NCBI GenBank assembly: GCA_963801165.1
Contig: CAWDDT010000004.1
Span: 480,001 to 544,000, forward strand
Direction of reading: 5' to 3'
Origin: an uncultured bacterium
GTDB taxonomy: Bacteria > Actinomycetota > Acidimicrobiia > Spongiisociales > UBA5794
Length of the DNA: 64,000 nucleotides
Under the pieces are notes generated by a model. The model was not told the origin of the DNA and searched no databases. It saw only the letters and a list, made by a program, of their open reading frames with translations. Position 1 is the stretch's first letter, and each line of letters opens with the position of its first letter. The translations under genes and the position numbers were made by a program. Positions 1 to 10,523 of this stretch are shown here, one piece after another.

Positions 1-20
1 TATGCGAAGGAGTTGTTGAA

Positions 21-1055
21 ATGTTCAAAGGCTTTGGAATCTCGATATCAAATGAAGACCACGTCGATACCACGTTGGGCATGGTCCAACGTGCCGACCG
101 GTTGGGCTTCGATGAGGTTTCGCTCCCGGAGAGCCGCCACTTTCGATCGGTGTTCAGCGTTGCAGCAGCCGGTCTCGCCACGACCGATCAGATCACAGTC
201 CGTATAGGGGTCGCCAATCCGGTTACCCGCCATCCGGCAATTCTCGCAATGGAGGCGGGGACTCTGGCCGAGATCGGTCCAGGGAGGATTCGGTTTGGTA
301 TCGGCGCCGCGGCGTGGACCATGCGCAAGTTCGGGTACGTCTCCGATAGCTGGAAGCCGTATACCAACACCGTCGAGTCTGCGAAGGCGATTCGCCAACT
401 CGTGCGTGGCGAGCCCCTCGGATTCACTCCCAAGACGTTTCTCGCGACGCCCGCAACCACCCTCGACTTCACGCCACCGCAGCCGATCCCCGTTGACCTG
501 GGTGCCGTCAACGAGAGGATGATGGAAGCAGTAGGCGAGGTCGGCGACGGAGTACAGCTGGGTGCGTTGGCGACCCCGGGCTACGTGGCGTGGGCCCGGG
601 AGCGGATCGCCGTTGGCGCGGCGCGCTCCGGTCGTGATCCTTCCGGCATGCGGATTGCGTCCAACGTGCTGACTTCGGTGGGCCGCGATCGTCGCGCCGC
701 CCGCCTCGCGGTGCGTGAAGTCCTTGCGTACTATCTCCACCGGGTGGAGTCCGTCATCATCGAGAAGAGCGGTGATGTGGACCAGGATCAACTAGCCAGG
801 ATCGGGGCCACGGTTAGAGAAGATGGTGTCGAAGCGGGGGCCAAGCTGGTGAACGATGACCTGATCGACGGCTTCGCCGTTGCCGGCACTATCGACGACG
901 TTGTCGAAGGCTTCGGCCGCTACATCGCAGCAGGTCTCGAGGTACCCCTCGCGTGGTACACGTTTGGACCCGATCCCGATTGGGCGATCGACGTCCTCGC
1001 CAGCGAGGTCCGACCCGCACTTCTCGGTCTCGTGAAGGGGGGTTTGCATGACTGA
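21..1055 (+). CDS. LLM-class (Mer-like, probably F420-dependent) oxidoreductase
   Basis: 344 aa; LLM motifs (ADRLGFDEV, GIGVANPVTRHPA-like segment, GRIRFGIGA, GEVGDGV); overlaps the FrhB-like gene. Confidence 0.85.
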   Translation: MFKGFGISISNEDHVDTTLGMVQRADRLGFDEVSLPESRHFRSVFSVAAAGLATTDQITVRIGVANPVTRHPAILAMEAGTLAEIGPGRIRFGIGAAAWTMRKFGYVSDSWKPYTNTVESAKAIRQLVRGEPLGFTPKTFLATPATTLDFTPPQPIPVDLGAVNERMMEAVGEVGDGVQLGALATPGYVAWARERIAVGAARSGRDPSGMRIASNVLTSVGRDRRAARLAVREVLAYYLHRVESVIIEKSGDVDQDQLARIGATVREDGVEAGAKLVNDDLIDGFAVAGTIDDVVEGFGRYIAAGLEVPLAWYTFGPDPDWAIDVLASEVRPALLGLVKGGLHD

Positions 1056-2193
1056 TCGATGGAGGCGCAACTGGCGTGATCTAGCCAGCGAGGTTATCGA
1101 CCTGGGCCTTTGCACCGGCTGCTCGGGGTGTGTGGTTGCTTGTCCGCAAGGCGTCCTGCACCTGGATCGGGAGACGTGGATACCCGGTCTCGACTCGGAT
1201 GCGTGGCATGAAGACCAGGACTCGTATTGCCGTTTCGGGGATCGGGGGTGCACGCTCTGCGCTCGTGCTTGCCCGCGTCTCGGCGCCTGGGAGACCGAAG
1301 CGGATTTGGCACGGTGGTCGAGAACGCGCCGGGTCGACGAGGTGCTTGGCGTCTACCGGCGGATTCTGATGGTCGACGCGACCGACCGTGCGGTCGCGGC
1401 CGCCGGTCAGGACGGCGGACTTGGCACGGCAATGCTGCTCTACGCCATCGAGAAGGGCTACATCGATGGTGCTCTGATCAGTCAATACGACGAGAAGATG
1501 AACACCCGACCGGGCATCGCCCGGACTCGCGAGGAATTGCTCGCCTGCGCCGGCTCTCGCTACACGTACTCGCCCAACCTGCTCGCCATCAAGGAGGCAG
1601 ACCGTGCAATGAGGATCGGTCTGATCAGTGTTGGGTGCCAGGTTTCTGTTCCCGCCATCGCCAAGAGCAGGGGCGCCAACAAGCTTGCCAAGCGCTTCGA
1701 GCTTGTTGTCGGGCTGCTCTGTTCGAAGACGTTTGCCGACCGCATCTACGAGGATCTGCTGGAGAACCAGTACGGCATTGCGCGGCACCAGATCACGAAG
1801 GTCAACATCAAGGGCATACTCCAGGTTTGGTACGAAGGCAACGACGCCGAGTCGTCCTATGTGGAGGTGCCTCTCTCGGAGTGCAGGGAGTACTCTCGGC
1901 TCGGCTGCTCCCACTGTCCAGATTTCGCGGCCCAGCACGCTGACGTATCGCTCGGCGGGATCGGAAGGGAGCCCGGTCGTACGCTGACGATCATCCGGAG
2001 TGAGCTCGGTGATGAGATCATCACGGCCATGCAGCGTGACGGTCTCGTTGTTGCCTCTGACGCAATGGATGATGACCCTGGTGCAGTTGCCCTGATTGAG
2101 AAGCTTGCCGCCCGGCAACGCAAGCGATGGCCGGGAGCCTCTTCGTCGTTGGAACTGGTCGACCCAGCGCCGGTAATGGTGTCCTCTACTTGA
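1048..2193 (+). CDS. Coenzyme F420 hydrogenase/dehydrogenase beta-subunit family protein (FrhB/FpoF-like) with N-terminal ferredoxin domain
   Basis: CTGCSGCVVACP and GCTLCARACP Fe-S motifs; GQDGG, AGSRY, GCQ, GLLCS, GCSHCPDF..ADVSLGG family motifs. Confidence 0.85.
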   Translation: MTDRWRRNWRDLASEVIDLGLCTGCSGCVVACPQGVLHLDRETWIPGLDSDAWHEDQDSYCRFGDRGCTLCARACPRLGAWETEADLARWSRTRRVDEVLGVYRRILMVDATDRAVAAAGQDGGLGTAMLLYAIEKGYIDGALISQYDEKMNTRPGIARTREELLACAGSRYTYSPNLLAIKEADRAMRIGLISVGCQVSVPAIAKSRGANKLAKRFELVVGLLCSKTFADRIYEDLLENQYGIARHQITKVNIKGILQVWYEGNDAESSYVEVPLSECREYSRLGCSHCPDFAAQHADVSLGGIGREPGRTLTIIRSELGDEIITAMQRDGLVVASDAMDDDPGAVALIEKLAARQRKRWPGASSSLELVDPAPVMVSST

Positions 2194-2230
2194 GGTTTGG
2201 TTTGTTCCCAATCAACAGGAGTGTTGCGAA

Positions 2231-2794
2231 ATGGCGTACATACGGCAGATCGAGCCCGCCGATGCGACTGGAGAGTTGAGGGCGTTTTACGATGCTCTCT
2301 TCGATACCGTCGGCAGCATCCCCAATATTGTGAAGCTTTCCAGCCTCAAGCCGTCCGCGGCATCCGCCGCGCAGGATCTCTATCAGAGTGTCCTCTACCA
2401 CGACTCGGGGCTGGCGATGGAGGAGAAGGAGATGGTGGCGACCGCCGTGTCCGTCATCAATGGCTGCGTCTACTGCTACGAGCATCATGGTGGGGCGCTC
2501 GCCAGACTCACGGATGATCCCGATCTCGCCGCGCAGGTGATTTCGGATTTTCGGTCGGCGCGGATCGGCCCGCGGGCGATGTCTTTGCTCGAGTTCGCCG
2601 ACAAGCTCAGCCGCACGCCGGGTGCGATGACCGAGGCTGACATCGACGCGCTGCGTCCCCTCGGCTTGTCCGACGAGGATATTCTGGACCTGGTCCAGTT
2701 GGTTTCCTACTTCGCCTACACCAGTCGCCTTGCGGTCGCGCTGGGGGTTGACCCGGAGATTCCGAAGGAGCCACCTGGTCCGGATCCCACGTGA
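2231..2794 (+). CDS. AhpD/carboxymuconolactone decarboxylase family peroxidase-related enzyme
   Basis: EKEMVATAVSVINGCVYCYEHHG motif. Confidence 0.85.
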   Translation: MAYIRQIEPADATGELRAFYDALFDTVGSIPNIVKLSSLKPSAASAAQDLYQSVLYHDSGLAMEEKEMVATAVSVINGCVYCYEHHGGALARLTDDPDLAAQVISDFRSARIGPRAMSLLEFADKLSRTPGAMTEADIDALRPLGLSDEDILDLVQLVSYFAYTSRLAVALGVDPEIPKEPPGPDPT

Positions 2795-2819
2795 TGCGGT
2801 CATGACGCGAATCGGCTAT

Positions 2820-2835
2820 TGTCAGACATCTGACA
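2820..2835. promoter_or_regulatory. Palindromic operator, copy 1 (TGTCAGACATCTGACA)
   Basis: Near-perfect inverted repeat just upstream of the GntR gene; core recurs at 3769 and 11664. Confidence 0.7.
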
Positions 2836-2841
2836 TGAATT

Positions 2842-3693
2842 GTGGTCTCCAGCTGCTGGCTACTGTCTGTCGGTTCCGGAGCGGTGGTTCACGCCAGCCC
2901 TAGTACGTGCGAGGTCGCCGATGGCAGAAGTACACGGACAGAAGGGACTCCGGGCGGACCGCGTCCTCTGTACCTGCAGCTGGTGGATGCGCTGCTTGAC
3001 TGGATCGTAGAAGAAGGGAAGGGGCCGGGGGACCGAGTACCGGGGGAGCCGGAGCTCGCGCGCCGATTCAAGGTCGGTCGATCGACGGTGCGTGAGGCCC
3101 TGGTGTATCTGGAATACGAAGGAATCGTAAATCGCTCCCAGGGCTTCCATACCACCCTGACTTCGCTGGCGCGGCGCCCGGCGTTGGGTTTGGAGGTGTT
3201 GGAACCAGTTGAGGCTCTCGCGACGCGGCAGGGATGGGAGTGCAAGACACGAGACCTGGTCTTGATGCAGAGTACTGCTGATGAAGTCCGGGCCGACAAG
3301 CTTCATGTCGAGCCCGGTTCCGATGTGTCGATCATCCGAAGAACGAAGTTCACCCAGGATGGCCCGTTTGCCTTGATGGAGAGCGTTGTCCCCAATGCAG
3401 TCAAGTCGTACGACATGCTGCGGAGCGAGTTCCAGGATTCCATAACGGTACTACTCGACGATGTCGCCACCCTTCGGTTTGCGGCGGCCGAGATCACCGC
3501 GGCGACCGCCGAGGGTCACGTCGCAGAGGCACTGGCCCTAGAGGTCGGGTCCCCGGTGCTGCTGCTCGAGGAGCTGTTCTATGGGGATGGTGAGGACCCT
3601 CTTGCCTGGAATCTCAACTACTTCGTACCGGGAACGATCCGGTTCGAGTTGCTGCGCAAGGTTCCGAGCGTAAAGTTGTCGGACCGCCGCTGA
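2842..3693 (+). CDS. GntR family (HutC/UTRA) transcriptional regulator
   Basis: PLYLQL...PGDRVPGEPELARRFKVGRSTVREAL wHTH plus C-terminal UTRA-like domain; start uncertain. Confidence 0.85.
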   Translation: MVSSCWLLSVGSGAVVHASPSTCEVADGRSTRTEGTPGGPRPLYLQLVDALLDWIVEEGKGPGDRVPGEPELARRFKVGRSTVREALVYLEYEGIVNRSQGFHTTLTSLARRPALGLEVLEPVEALATRQGWECKTRDLVLMQSTADEVRADKLHVEPGSDVSIIRRTKFTQDGPFALMESVVPNAVKSYDMLRSEFQDSITVLLDDVATLRFAAAEITAATAEGHVAEALALEVGSPVLLLEELFYGDGEDPLAWNLNYFVPGTIRFELLRKVPSVKLSDRR

Positions 3694-3759
3694 GTCGCTA
3701 GCTGAGTTACCGTTCGGCCGAGTCAATCGGCTCACGGAGGGTCACCTGGAATTCAACCT

Positions 3760-3784
3760 GGCAACTTATCAGACATCTGGTAGG
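3760..3784. promoter_or_regulatory. Operator copy 2 (GGCAACTTATCAGACATCTGGTAGG)
   Basis: 23/25 identical to copy 3; upstream of the ABC operon. Confidence 0.7.
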
Positions 3785-3853
3785 ATACCACCTTGAGAAG
3801 CAACCCATCCCAGAACGGGCGGTGTCTCTCGGGATGGACATCAGGAGAGATCG

Positions 3854-4609
3854 GTGATCTGGGTGAACAACTCCAATGGTGTGGCCCTCAGATTCGAAGA
3901 GGTAGGCCTCACGTATCCGGACGGAACTGAGGCATTGCGCAATGTCAGCCTCGACGTTACCCCCGGCGAATTCGTCAGCGTGGTCGGTCCTTCAGGCTGC
4001 GGTAAGTCGACTCTCCTGAAGCTGGCATCGGGGCTGATCCCGGAGACTGTCGGCAAGGTCGTGGTGGATCGTGCCCGTCTTGGCTACGTGTTTCAAGACG
4101 CGACCCTGGCGCCATGGCGCACGGTGCGGAAGAACGTCGAGCTTTTGCCAGAGTTGCATGGAATCGCGAAGGCGGAACGGAGTCGCATCGCCACCGAGGT
4201 GATCGGCCTGGTCGGATTGGGTGCCTTCGAGGACCACTACCCGAAGCGTCTCTCCGGCGGGATGAAGATGCGCGTCAGCCTGGCGCGGTCCTTGACTCTG
4301 GATCCGACCGTGTTCCTGTTCGATGAGCCGTTTAGCGCTCTCGACGAGATAACCCGGCAACGGCTCAATGCAGAGCTGCTCTCTCTGTTCCTGGCGAAAG
4401 GTTTCGCGGCCTTGTTCATCACTCACAACGTCTTCGAATCAGTGTTCCTGTCGACTCGGGTATTGGTGATGTCGGAGCGGCCGGGTCGGATCCTCGCTGA
4501 GATCGAGGTTCCGTTCCCCTTCCCCAGAGATGACGAATTGCGGTTTCAAGCGGAGTTCGCGGCAAAGGGCGACGAAGTGTCGCGGGCATTGCAGGAGGCG
4601 TACTCATGA
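3854..4609 (+). CDS. NitT/TauT-family ABC transporter ATP-binding protein
   Basis: GPSGCGKST, LSGGMKMR, LFDEPF, FITH. Confidence 0.92.
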   Translation: MIWVNNSNGVALRFEEVGLTYPDGTEALRNVSLDVTPGEFVSVVGPSGCGKSTLLKLASGLIPETVGKVVVDRARLGYVFQDATLAPWRTVRKNVELLPELHGIAKAERSRIATEVIGLVGLGAFEDHYPKRLSGGMKMRVSLARSLTLDPTVFLFDEPFSALDEITRQRLNAELLSLFLAKGFAALFITHNVFESVFLSTRVLVMSERPGRILAEIEVPFPFPRDDELRFQAEFAAKGDEVSRALQEAYS

Positions 4610-5535
4610 CCGCAGATCCATACGATGGAGTCGATGTTGCGTTGCTGGTAAAGGAAGAGGAGCAGGAGATCCCCCGGGAGGGATCGCAGCCCACCAGAAA
4701 CTCCGGACTTCGGGGCCACCTCAAGAAGCTGGTTGCGCCGGCGATCGTCTTCGTGGTGTTCGTCGGGATCTGGTATCTGCTGTCGTGGAAGTATCTCCCA
4801 GTGCTTATGCGCCGCGATTCACCTCCGCAGTTCATGCGGAGCATCCTCCTGCCTTACCCGCACGATGTGGTGAAGGTTGCCTACCTCGACTCGGCGAACC
4901 TCCACGAGATCCTTTCCGGACTGTGGCTCGACACCCGCCTGGCGTTCACCGGCTTGGCGATTGCGATTTCGATCGGGATTGCGGCTGCCATCGCTATGAG
5001 TCAGGCCCGTTGGGTCGAGCGTTCCTTCTATCCGTATGCGGTCTTCTTGCAGACCGTCCCCATTCTCGCCCTCGTCCCGGTGATCGGACTCTTTCTGGGC
5101 TGGGGATTCACCTCACGTGTCGTCGTGGTGGTGATCATCTCGTTGTTCCCGATAATCACGAATACGCTCTTCGGCTTGAAGTCGGTCGATCGCGGTCTCG
5201 ACGACCTGTTCGCATTGCACACGTCGTCGCGGTGGGTCCGGCTGTGGAAGCTGCAGCTGCCCGGCTCGCTACCAGCGATGTTCGTTGGGTTCCAGATCGC
5301 GGCGGGCCTGTCGGTCATCGGCGCCATCGTCGGCGACTTCTTCTTCGCTCGAGGGGCGAAGGGGCTCGGGAACCTCATCGGTATCTATGCCAACCGCCTC
5401 CAACCCGAGCGGCTCTGGGGAACTGTGTTCTTCTCCACCCTGCTCGGCCTCTTCGTCTTCACAATATTTGGGACCCTCCGGACCCGCCTCGTCGGCCACT
5501 GGCACGAATCGGCGGGACCGGAGAAGCAAGCGTGA
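4606..5535 (+). CDS. NitT/TauT-family ABC transporter permease
   Basis: Multiple TM helices; QTVPILALVP and KLQLPGSLP segments; ATGA overlap with the ATPase. Confidence 0.9.
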   Translation: MTADPYDGVDVALLVKEEEQEIPREGSQPTRNSGLRGHLKKLVAPAIVFVVFVGIWYLLSWKYLPVLMRRDSPPQFMRSILLPYPHDVVKVAYLDSANLHEILSGLWLDTRLAFTGLAIAISIGIAAAIAMSQARWVERSFYPYAVFLQTVPILALVPVIGLFLGWGFTSRVVVVVIISLFPIITNTLFGLKSVDRGLDDLFALHTSSRWVRLWKLQLPGSLPAMFVGFQIAAGLSVIGAIVGDFFFARGAKGLGNLIGIYANRLQPERLWGTVFFSTLLGLFVFTIFGTLRTRLVGHWHESAGPEKQA

Positions 5536-5582
5536 ACAAGCGAACGGCGCTACGGAACCTGTTGAGAAAGGAAATAAACCCT

Positions 5583-6788
5583 ATGGGTATCCCGCGTAAG
5601 GCCATGCGGTGGGTGGTATTGCTAGCGACACTCGCCATCGTCGCATCGGCATGTGGTGGCGACTCCGAGCCGGAAACCACGCAAGCAGCGACGACCACGG
5701 AGGCGACGTCGACCACACAAGCCGCGACTAACACGACTAGTACGGTGGCGGCCACAACCACGGAGGCAGCACCAGTTGGGGATCTGTCGACGTGCCCCAA
5801 TCCGCTCGTCATCCAGACGGCGTGGTTTCCTGAGCCCGAGTACGCAGAGTTGTACCAGCTAACTGGTGGGGAAGGATCCATCGATCCTGAGAGCGGCATC
5901 TTCAGCGGTCCGCTCGCCGCCGACCCGAGCATCACGGTTGAGGTTCGTACCGGCGGTCCGTATGCGGGCTATACCCCGGCGCATGTTCACATGTACGCCG
6001 ACGACGAAGTCTTCCTCGGACTGGTACCGACGGACGCACAGCTGACGGCCCAAGCGGCAACTCCCGTGATCGGCGTGATGGCCACGATGGAGAAGAGCCC
6101 GCTCGGCGTGATGTGGGACCCGGCGACCTACACGATCAACTCCTGGGAGGATGTTGGCAAGACGGGTGCGGTTGTCAACTACTTCGAGAGCGCCTTCTGG
6201 CCCCCGTTCGTGGTTGCCAAGGGTTACGTCTCAGAAGACCAGCTCGACGGCTCGTACGACGGCTCCCCATCGCGGTTCGTCTCCGAAGAGGGCGCCATCA
6301 TTCAGCAGGCATACATAACCCAGGAGCCGTACAAGTACGAGAATGACCTCGAGGGGTGGAACAAGCCCGTTCAGATGCTCCTCGTGCACGACTCGGGATA
6401 TGAGTACTACGAGCAGCAGCTCGCGATTCGTGCCGACCGGCTCGAGGAAGCACGCCAATGCCTGACGGCGTTCATTCCTCTCGTCCAGCAGGCAACCGTC
6501 GACTACATGAACGATCCCAGCACCGTGAATGCCACGATGCTGCAAGCCGTTGAGGACCTGGCAACCTTCTGGACCTTCACGCCAGAGAGCATCGCCTACT
6601 CCAGCCAGGCCCTGGACGAATACGGCATCTTTGCCAACGGCGCGAACGACACCATCGGTGATTTCGACATGGACCGCCTGAACAAGTTCATCGAAGACAT
6701 CCGCATCGTGCCGGCCTTTGCCGACATGACATGGACCGCCGAGGATCTGGTGACAAACGAGTTCATCGATCCGTCGATCGGAAGGTGA
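5583..6788 (+). CDS. ABC substrate-binding lipoprotein (NMT1/THI5/SsuA-like)
   Basis: RBS GAAAGGA before ATG 5583; lipobox IVASAC; Thr/Ala linker; QTAWFPEPEY motif. Confidence 0.85.
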   Translation: MGIPRKAMRWVVLLATLAIVASACGGDSEPETTQAATTTEATSTTQAATNTTSTVAATTTEAAPVGDLSTCPNPLVIQTAWFPEPEYAELYQLTGGEGSIDPESGIFSGPLAADPSITVEVRTGGPYAGYTPAHVHMYADDEVFLGLVPTDAQLTAQAATPVIGVMATMEKSPLGVMWDPATYTINSWEDVGKTGAVVNYFESAFWPPFVVAKGYVSEDQLDGSYDGSPSRFVSEEGAIIQQAYITQEPYKYENDLEGWNKPVQMLLVHDSGYEYYEQQLAIRADRLEEARQCLTAFIPLVQQATVDYMNDPSTVNATMLQAVEDLATFWTFTPESIAYSSQALDEYGIFANGANDTIGDFDMDRLNKFIEDIRIVPAFADMTWTAEDLVTNEFIDPSIGR

Positions 6789-8077
6789 GTCGAATCCATC
6801 GAACGTGGCGCCCCGGTGACGAACCGGGGCGCCATCCCATTCGGGCTTTCGACGACGCCCGGGTCGTGCTGCATGATGGGCTGTTGACCACGGGGGACCG
6901 GGTCGACGTCGTCCTTGCCGGCGCCTCGATCGACGAGGTTGTTCCGACTGGGGCGGGCGTGGCTCGAGAAGCCGAGATCGTCGACCTGGAAGGCAGGCTC
7001 CTGCTGCCCGCTCTCGTCGAACCGCACGCACATCTCGACAAAGCACTGACTGCCGACACCTTTCCCAATCCTGCAGGCGACCTCGCGGGTGCGATCGAGG
7101 TCATCACTGGGGCCTGGGAGACGTTGACCATTGAGGACACGGTCGAGCGGGCGGTGGCCGCGGCTCGAAAGCTGGTGGTGGCGGGGACGACGGCCATTCG
7201 CACCCATATCGATGTGATTCCGGCGAACGCATCGAAGTCGCCGGAAGCTCTTGCCGAGGTCAAGCGGCGGCTTCGTGGTGTCTGCGATCTCCAGGTGGTC
7301 GCGCTGGTGCACCCGCTGACCGGGCCTGATGCGGCGCAGGGCCGCGCTGCGTTGAAGAAGGGTCTTGCGTGGGGAGTCGACGTAGTAGGCGGTGCTCCGC
7401 ACTTCGAACCGGATCCTGCGGCTGCCATGACCTTTGGTATCGAGACCGCAGTCGAGAACGGACTCGCGGTGGATTTCCACTTGGACGAGGTGCTCGATGT
7501 GAGGGTTCAGCACCTCGCCGAGCTTGCGCGCCAGACGGCGAAAAACGGGATGGAGGGTAGAGTCACCGCCTCACATTGTGTCAGCCATGGGCTTTTGCCA
7601 CCGGCCGACCAACGCGAGCTTGGCCGGATCCTGGCGGACAGCGGCATCTCGGTCGTGACCCTGCCGCGGACCAATCTCTTCATTCAGGCAAGGGGTGTCG
7701 AGTCTGCGCCGCCACGCGGTCTCCCCGGACTGCGTGCTCTTCTCGATACAGGAGTCACGGTCGCCGCCGGCGCCGACAACGTTCAGGATCCGTTCTACCC
7801 GATCGGTCGGTCTGACCCGCTGGAGACGGCGATGTTTCTCATCGCGGTCGCTCACCTCGATGTGGCGGAGGCGCTGGCGGCCGTGTCGGGTGCGGGCCGT
7901 CGTGTGTTGGGCTTGGAGCCGCTGGCAATCGAGGCGGGGTTCCCGGCTGAGCTGGTGGCGGTGCGCGCGTCTTCGCCGCGCGAGGCTATAGCCGAGCAAC
8001 CCGGCGACCGGGTCGTGATCCACGAGGGGCGCGTCGTAGCCTGCACCAAGACGGAATCCTGGGTCATCGATGGGTGA
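6785..8077 (+). CDS. Cytosine/creatinine deaminase-like (CodA-type) amidohydrolase
   Basis: EPHAHLDKA, RTHID, DFHLDE, TASHC, AGADNVQDPF motifs; start uncertain (may lie downstream of the 6806-6834 hairpin). Confidence 0.85.
   Translation: MSRIHRTWRPGDEPGRHPIRAFDDARVVLHDGLLTTGDRVDVVLAGASIDEVVPTGAGVAREAEIVDLEGRLLLPALVEPHAHLDKALTADTFPNPAGDLAGAIEVITGAWETLTIEDTVERAVAAARKLVVAGTTAIRTHIDVIPANASKSPEALAEVKRRLRGVCDLQVVALVHPLTGPDAAQGRAALKKGLAWGVDVVGGAPHFEPDPAAAMTFGIETAVENGLAVDFHLDEVLDVRVQHLAELARQTAKNGMEGRVTASHCVSHGLLPPADQRELGRILADSGISVVTLPRTNLFIQARGVESAPPRGLPGLRALLDTGVTVAAGADNVQDPFYPIGRSDPLETAMFLIAVAHLDVAEALAAVSGAGRRVLGLEPLAIEAGFPAELVAVRASSPREAIAEQPGDRVVIHEGRVVACTKTESWVIDG
6806..6834 (+). other. 12-bp perfect GC-rich hairpin after the SBP gene
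   Basis: TGGCGCCCCGGT-GACGA-ACCGGGGCGCCA; no U-tract. Confidence 0.6.
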
Positions 8078-8110
8078 GTGATGCCGCGTAGGTCGCCGCG
8101 TAGCTGAAGG

Positions 8111-10482
8111 GTGTTGAAGATCTTGAACCGGAACACCGCCAACGAGAACGAATCCTTTGCGTATGTCGATTTCGCGGGTTCGATTGGTCGAACCTTCTTC
8201 GACTCGGAACCGGATTGGCCCGCCGAATCGATAGTCGTCGAGCTCAACCAAACGTCGTGATCGTGCTCGTTGACGACATGGGATACTCCGACGTGGGCTG
8301 CTACGGGGGAGAGATCGATACGCCGAACATTGATCGGCTGGCGGAACGTGGGCAGCGGCTCACGAACTTCCACGTCACGCCGATGTGCGCTCCGACGCGG
8401 GCGTCCCTGCTGACCGGAGTCAACCACCATCTGGCGGGAGTGGCTGACGTGCTCTACGACGATCCAGGCTTCCCGGGCTACCTTGGAGAGCTCCGAGAGG
8501 ACGTCGTCACGTTGCCCGAGATCCTCCAGTCGGCCGGGTATCGCACGCTCATGGTGGGCAAATGGCATCTCGCCAAGGAGTCCCACACATCCTCCGGATC
8601 TCCGAGGCGCTCCTGGCCATTGCAGCGTGGCTTCGACGAGTTCTACGGGGTGCTCGGTGCCTGCACGAATCTGCACCATCCCCACCAGCTCGTCGAGGGC
8701 AACTCGATCGTCGAGGTCGACACCTACCCGAGCGGCTACTACCTGACCGACGATCTGACCGATCGAGCCATCCGGATGGTTCGCCAGCACCGAGCGCACG
8801 ACCCGGTCTCGCCCTTCTTCCTTCATTTGGCCCACCTCGCGGTCCACGCGCCGCTCCACGCCAAGCAGGCGGACATCGCCAAGTACGCAGACAAGTACGG
8901 GCTCGGGTGGGATGTGATCCGGCGGGATCGATACGATCGGCTCGTCGCGCTGGGAATCCTGCCGGAGGGGACCGTACTCCCCGACAACGTCGAAGATGGT
9001 TTGGATGTCGTTCCGTGGGATTCGCTCGACGCGAAGTCCCAAGCAGTCTTCGCCCGGTACATGGCGGTCTATGCGGCGATGGTCGACAACATCGACCAGA
9101 ACCTCGGCCGGCTCGTTGCTGCCTTGGATGAGATGGGCGAGATGGAGAACACCATCTTCATGTTCCTCTCCGACAACGGATCAACTCACGAAGGTGGTCA
9201 GGTGGGCTCGGTTCACTACCTCGACTACATCGCTGCCGTCCACGTGCTGTCCACCGAGGCCGAGACGTCTCAGCATGCGGTGCAAGACGCGTTCAGGCGG
9301 CTCGAAGAGATCGGCGGCCCCCGCACCATGCCAATCCATCCCCGGGGTTGGGCCCAGGTGAGCAATACGCCTTTTCGGCTCTACAAATCGTTCACTCATG
9401 CCGGGGGACGTCAAGTCCCGTGCATCGTCTCGTGGCCATCGGCGCTTGCCGACCTTGGGTCGCTGCGGTCCCAGTACGCCCATGTCACCGACGTGCTCCC
9501 GACGGTGCTCGACATGATCGGTCTCAAATCTCCTGCCTGCCGCAAAGGACGCCCTGCGGTGCCGATCTCCGGAGTGTCGTTCCTTTCCGTGTTGCGGAAT
9601 GGCGATGTTCCATCGGATCACCATGAGCAGTACTTCGAGCGCAAGGGGAACCTGGCGTACTACCAGAAGGGCTGGGAGATTGTCGCCGCGGTGGCGCCCA
9701 TCCCGGTCTCGAACAGCCGGCCTGGGAGCTCTATCACGTCGCGACGGATCCAACCGAGGCCCGCAATCTCGCTGGCGCCCATCCGGATCGCATCGCAGAG
9801 CTGGCCCAATCCTGGGAGCGGGCCGCGTGGCGAATCAGGTGTTCCCGCTCGATGACAACACCGGTCTCCGGCGGGCCTTTCGAAACCCCGCATCCGCACG
9901 CGACCGGGACCGATCGGTCGTCCTATACCCAAGAACGGCAACGATGAGTCACCATCGGAGCATGGAGCTGATCGGAACTCGATCATTCCGCATCATCATC
10001 CGCCTGGATCACGCCCGGCCGACGAGGGGGTGCTCGTCGCTCACGGAGATCAAGGCGGTGGCTACCTGATCTATGTCGAGGATGGTCGTCTCCATTTTGC
10101 CCACAATCACCGGGGCAAGCTCAGGGTCGTGTCGACCGATGCAGTGCTTCCCGAAAGTTCCCTTAAGGTGGAGGTTGATGTTGCCGCACCTGGAAGTTGG
10201 TTGTGGGACGTGAGGCTGTTGGTCGACGGCGACGCGGCCGCACCCACCATGGAGGTCCCGATGCTATGGGGCCAGGTCCCATTTCAAGGCATCGATATCG
10301 GCGCAGACCGCGCCTCGCCGGTGTCCTGGCCGTTGCGCGAAGCTCACGGGGCCTTTGGGTATCGCGGCAGAATTCGCAGTGTCACATATCAGCCGGGCGA
10401 ATTCGCTCCGGACTCGCCCTATCGAGCTGGCCCCGACGAAGTCAGAGCGATGGCTCGGGCGATCTTTGATGCGATTCAATGA
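8111..10482 (+). CDS. Arylsulfatase (AtsA-like), split by several frameshifts
   Basis: PNVVIVLVDDMGYSD, CAPTRASLLTG formylglycine motif, GKWH, SDNG; N-terminal FAGSIGRTFFDSEPDWP in another frame; continues in ORFs 9599-10069 and 10030-10482. Confidence 0.8.
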
Positions 10483-10523
10483 CGCCGACGGCGCCTTTTC
10501 GTCAACGAGTTGGGGGAGACGGA

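Noticed and set aside
4530-5582. 752-aa extended SBP ORF overlapping the permease
   Set aside because: RBS, signal peptide and lipobox place the start at 5583; the upstream part is an alternative frame of the permease
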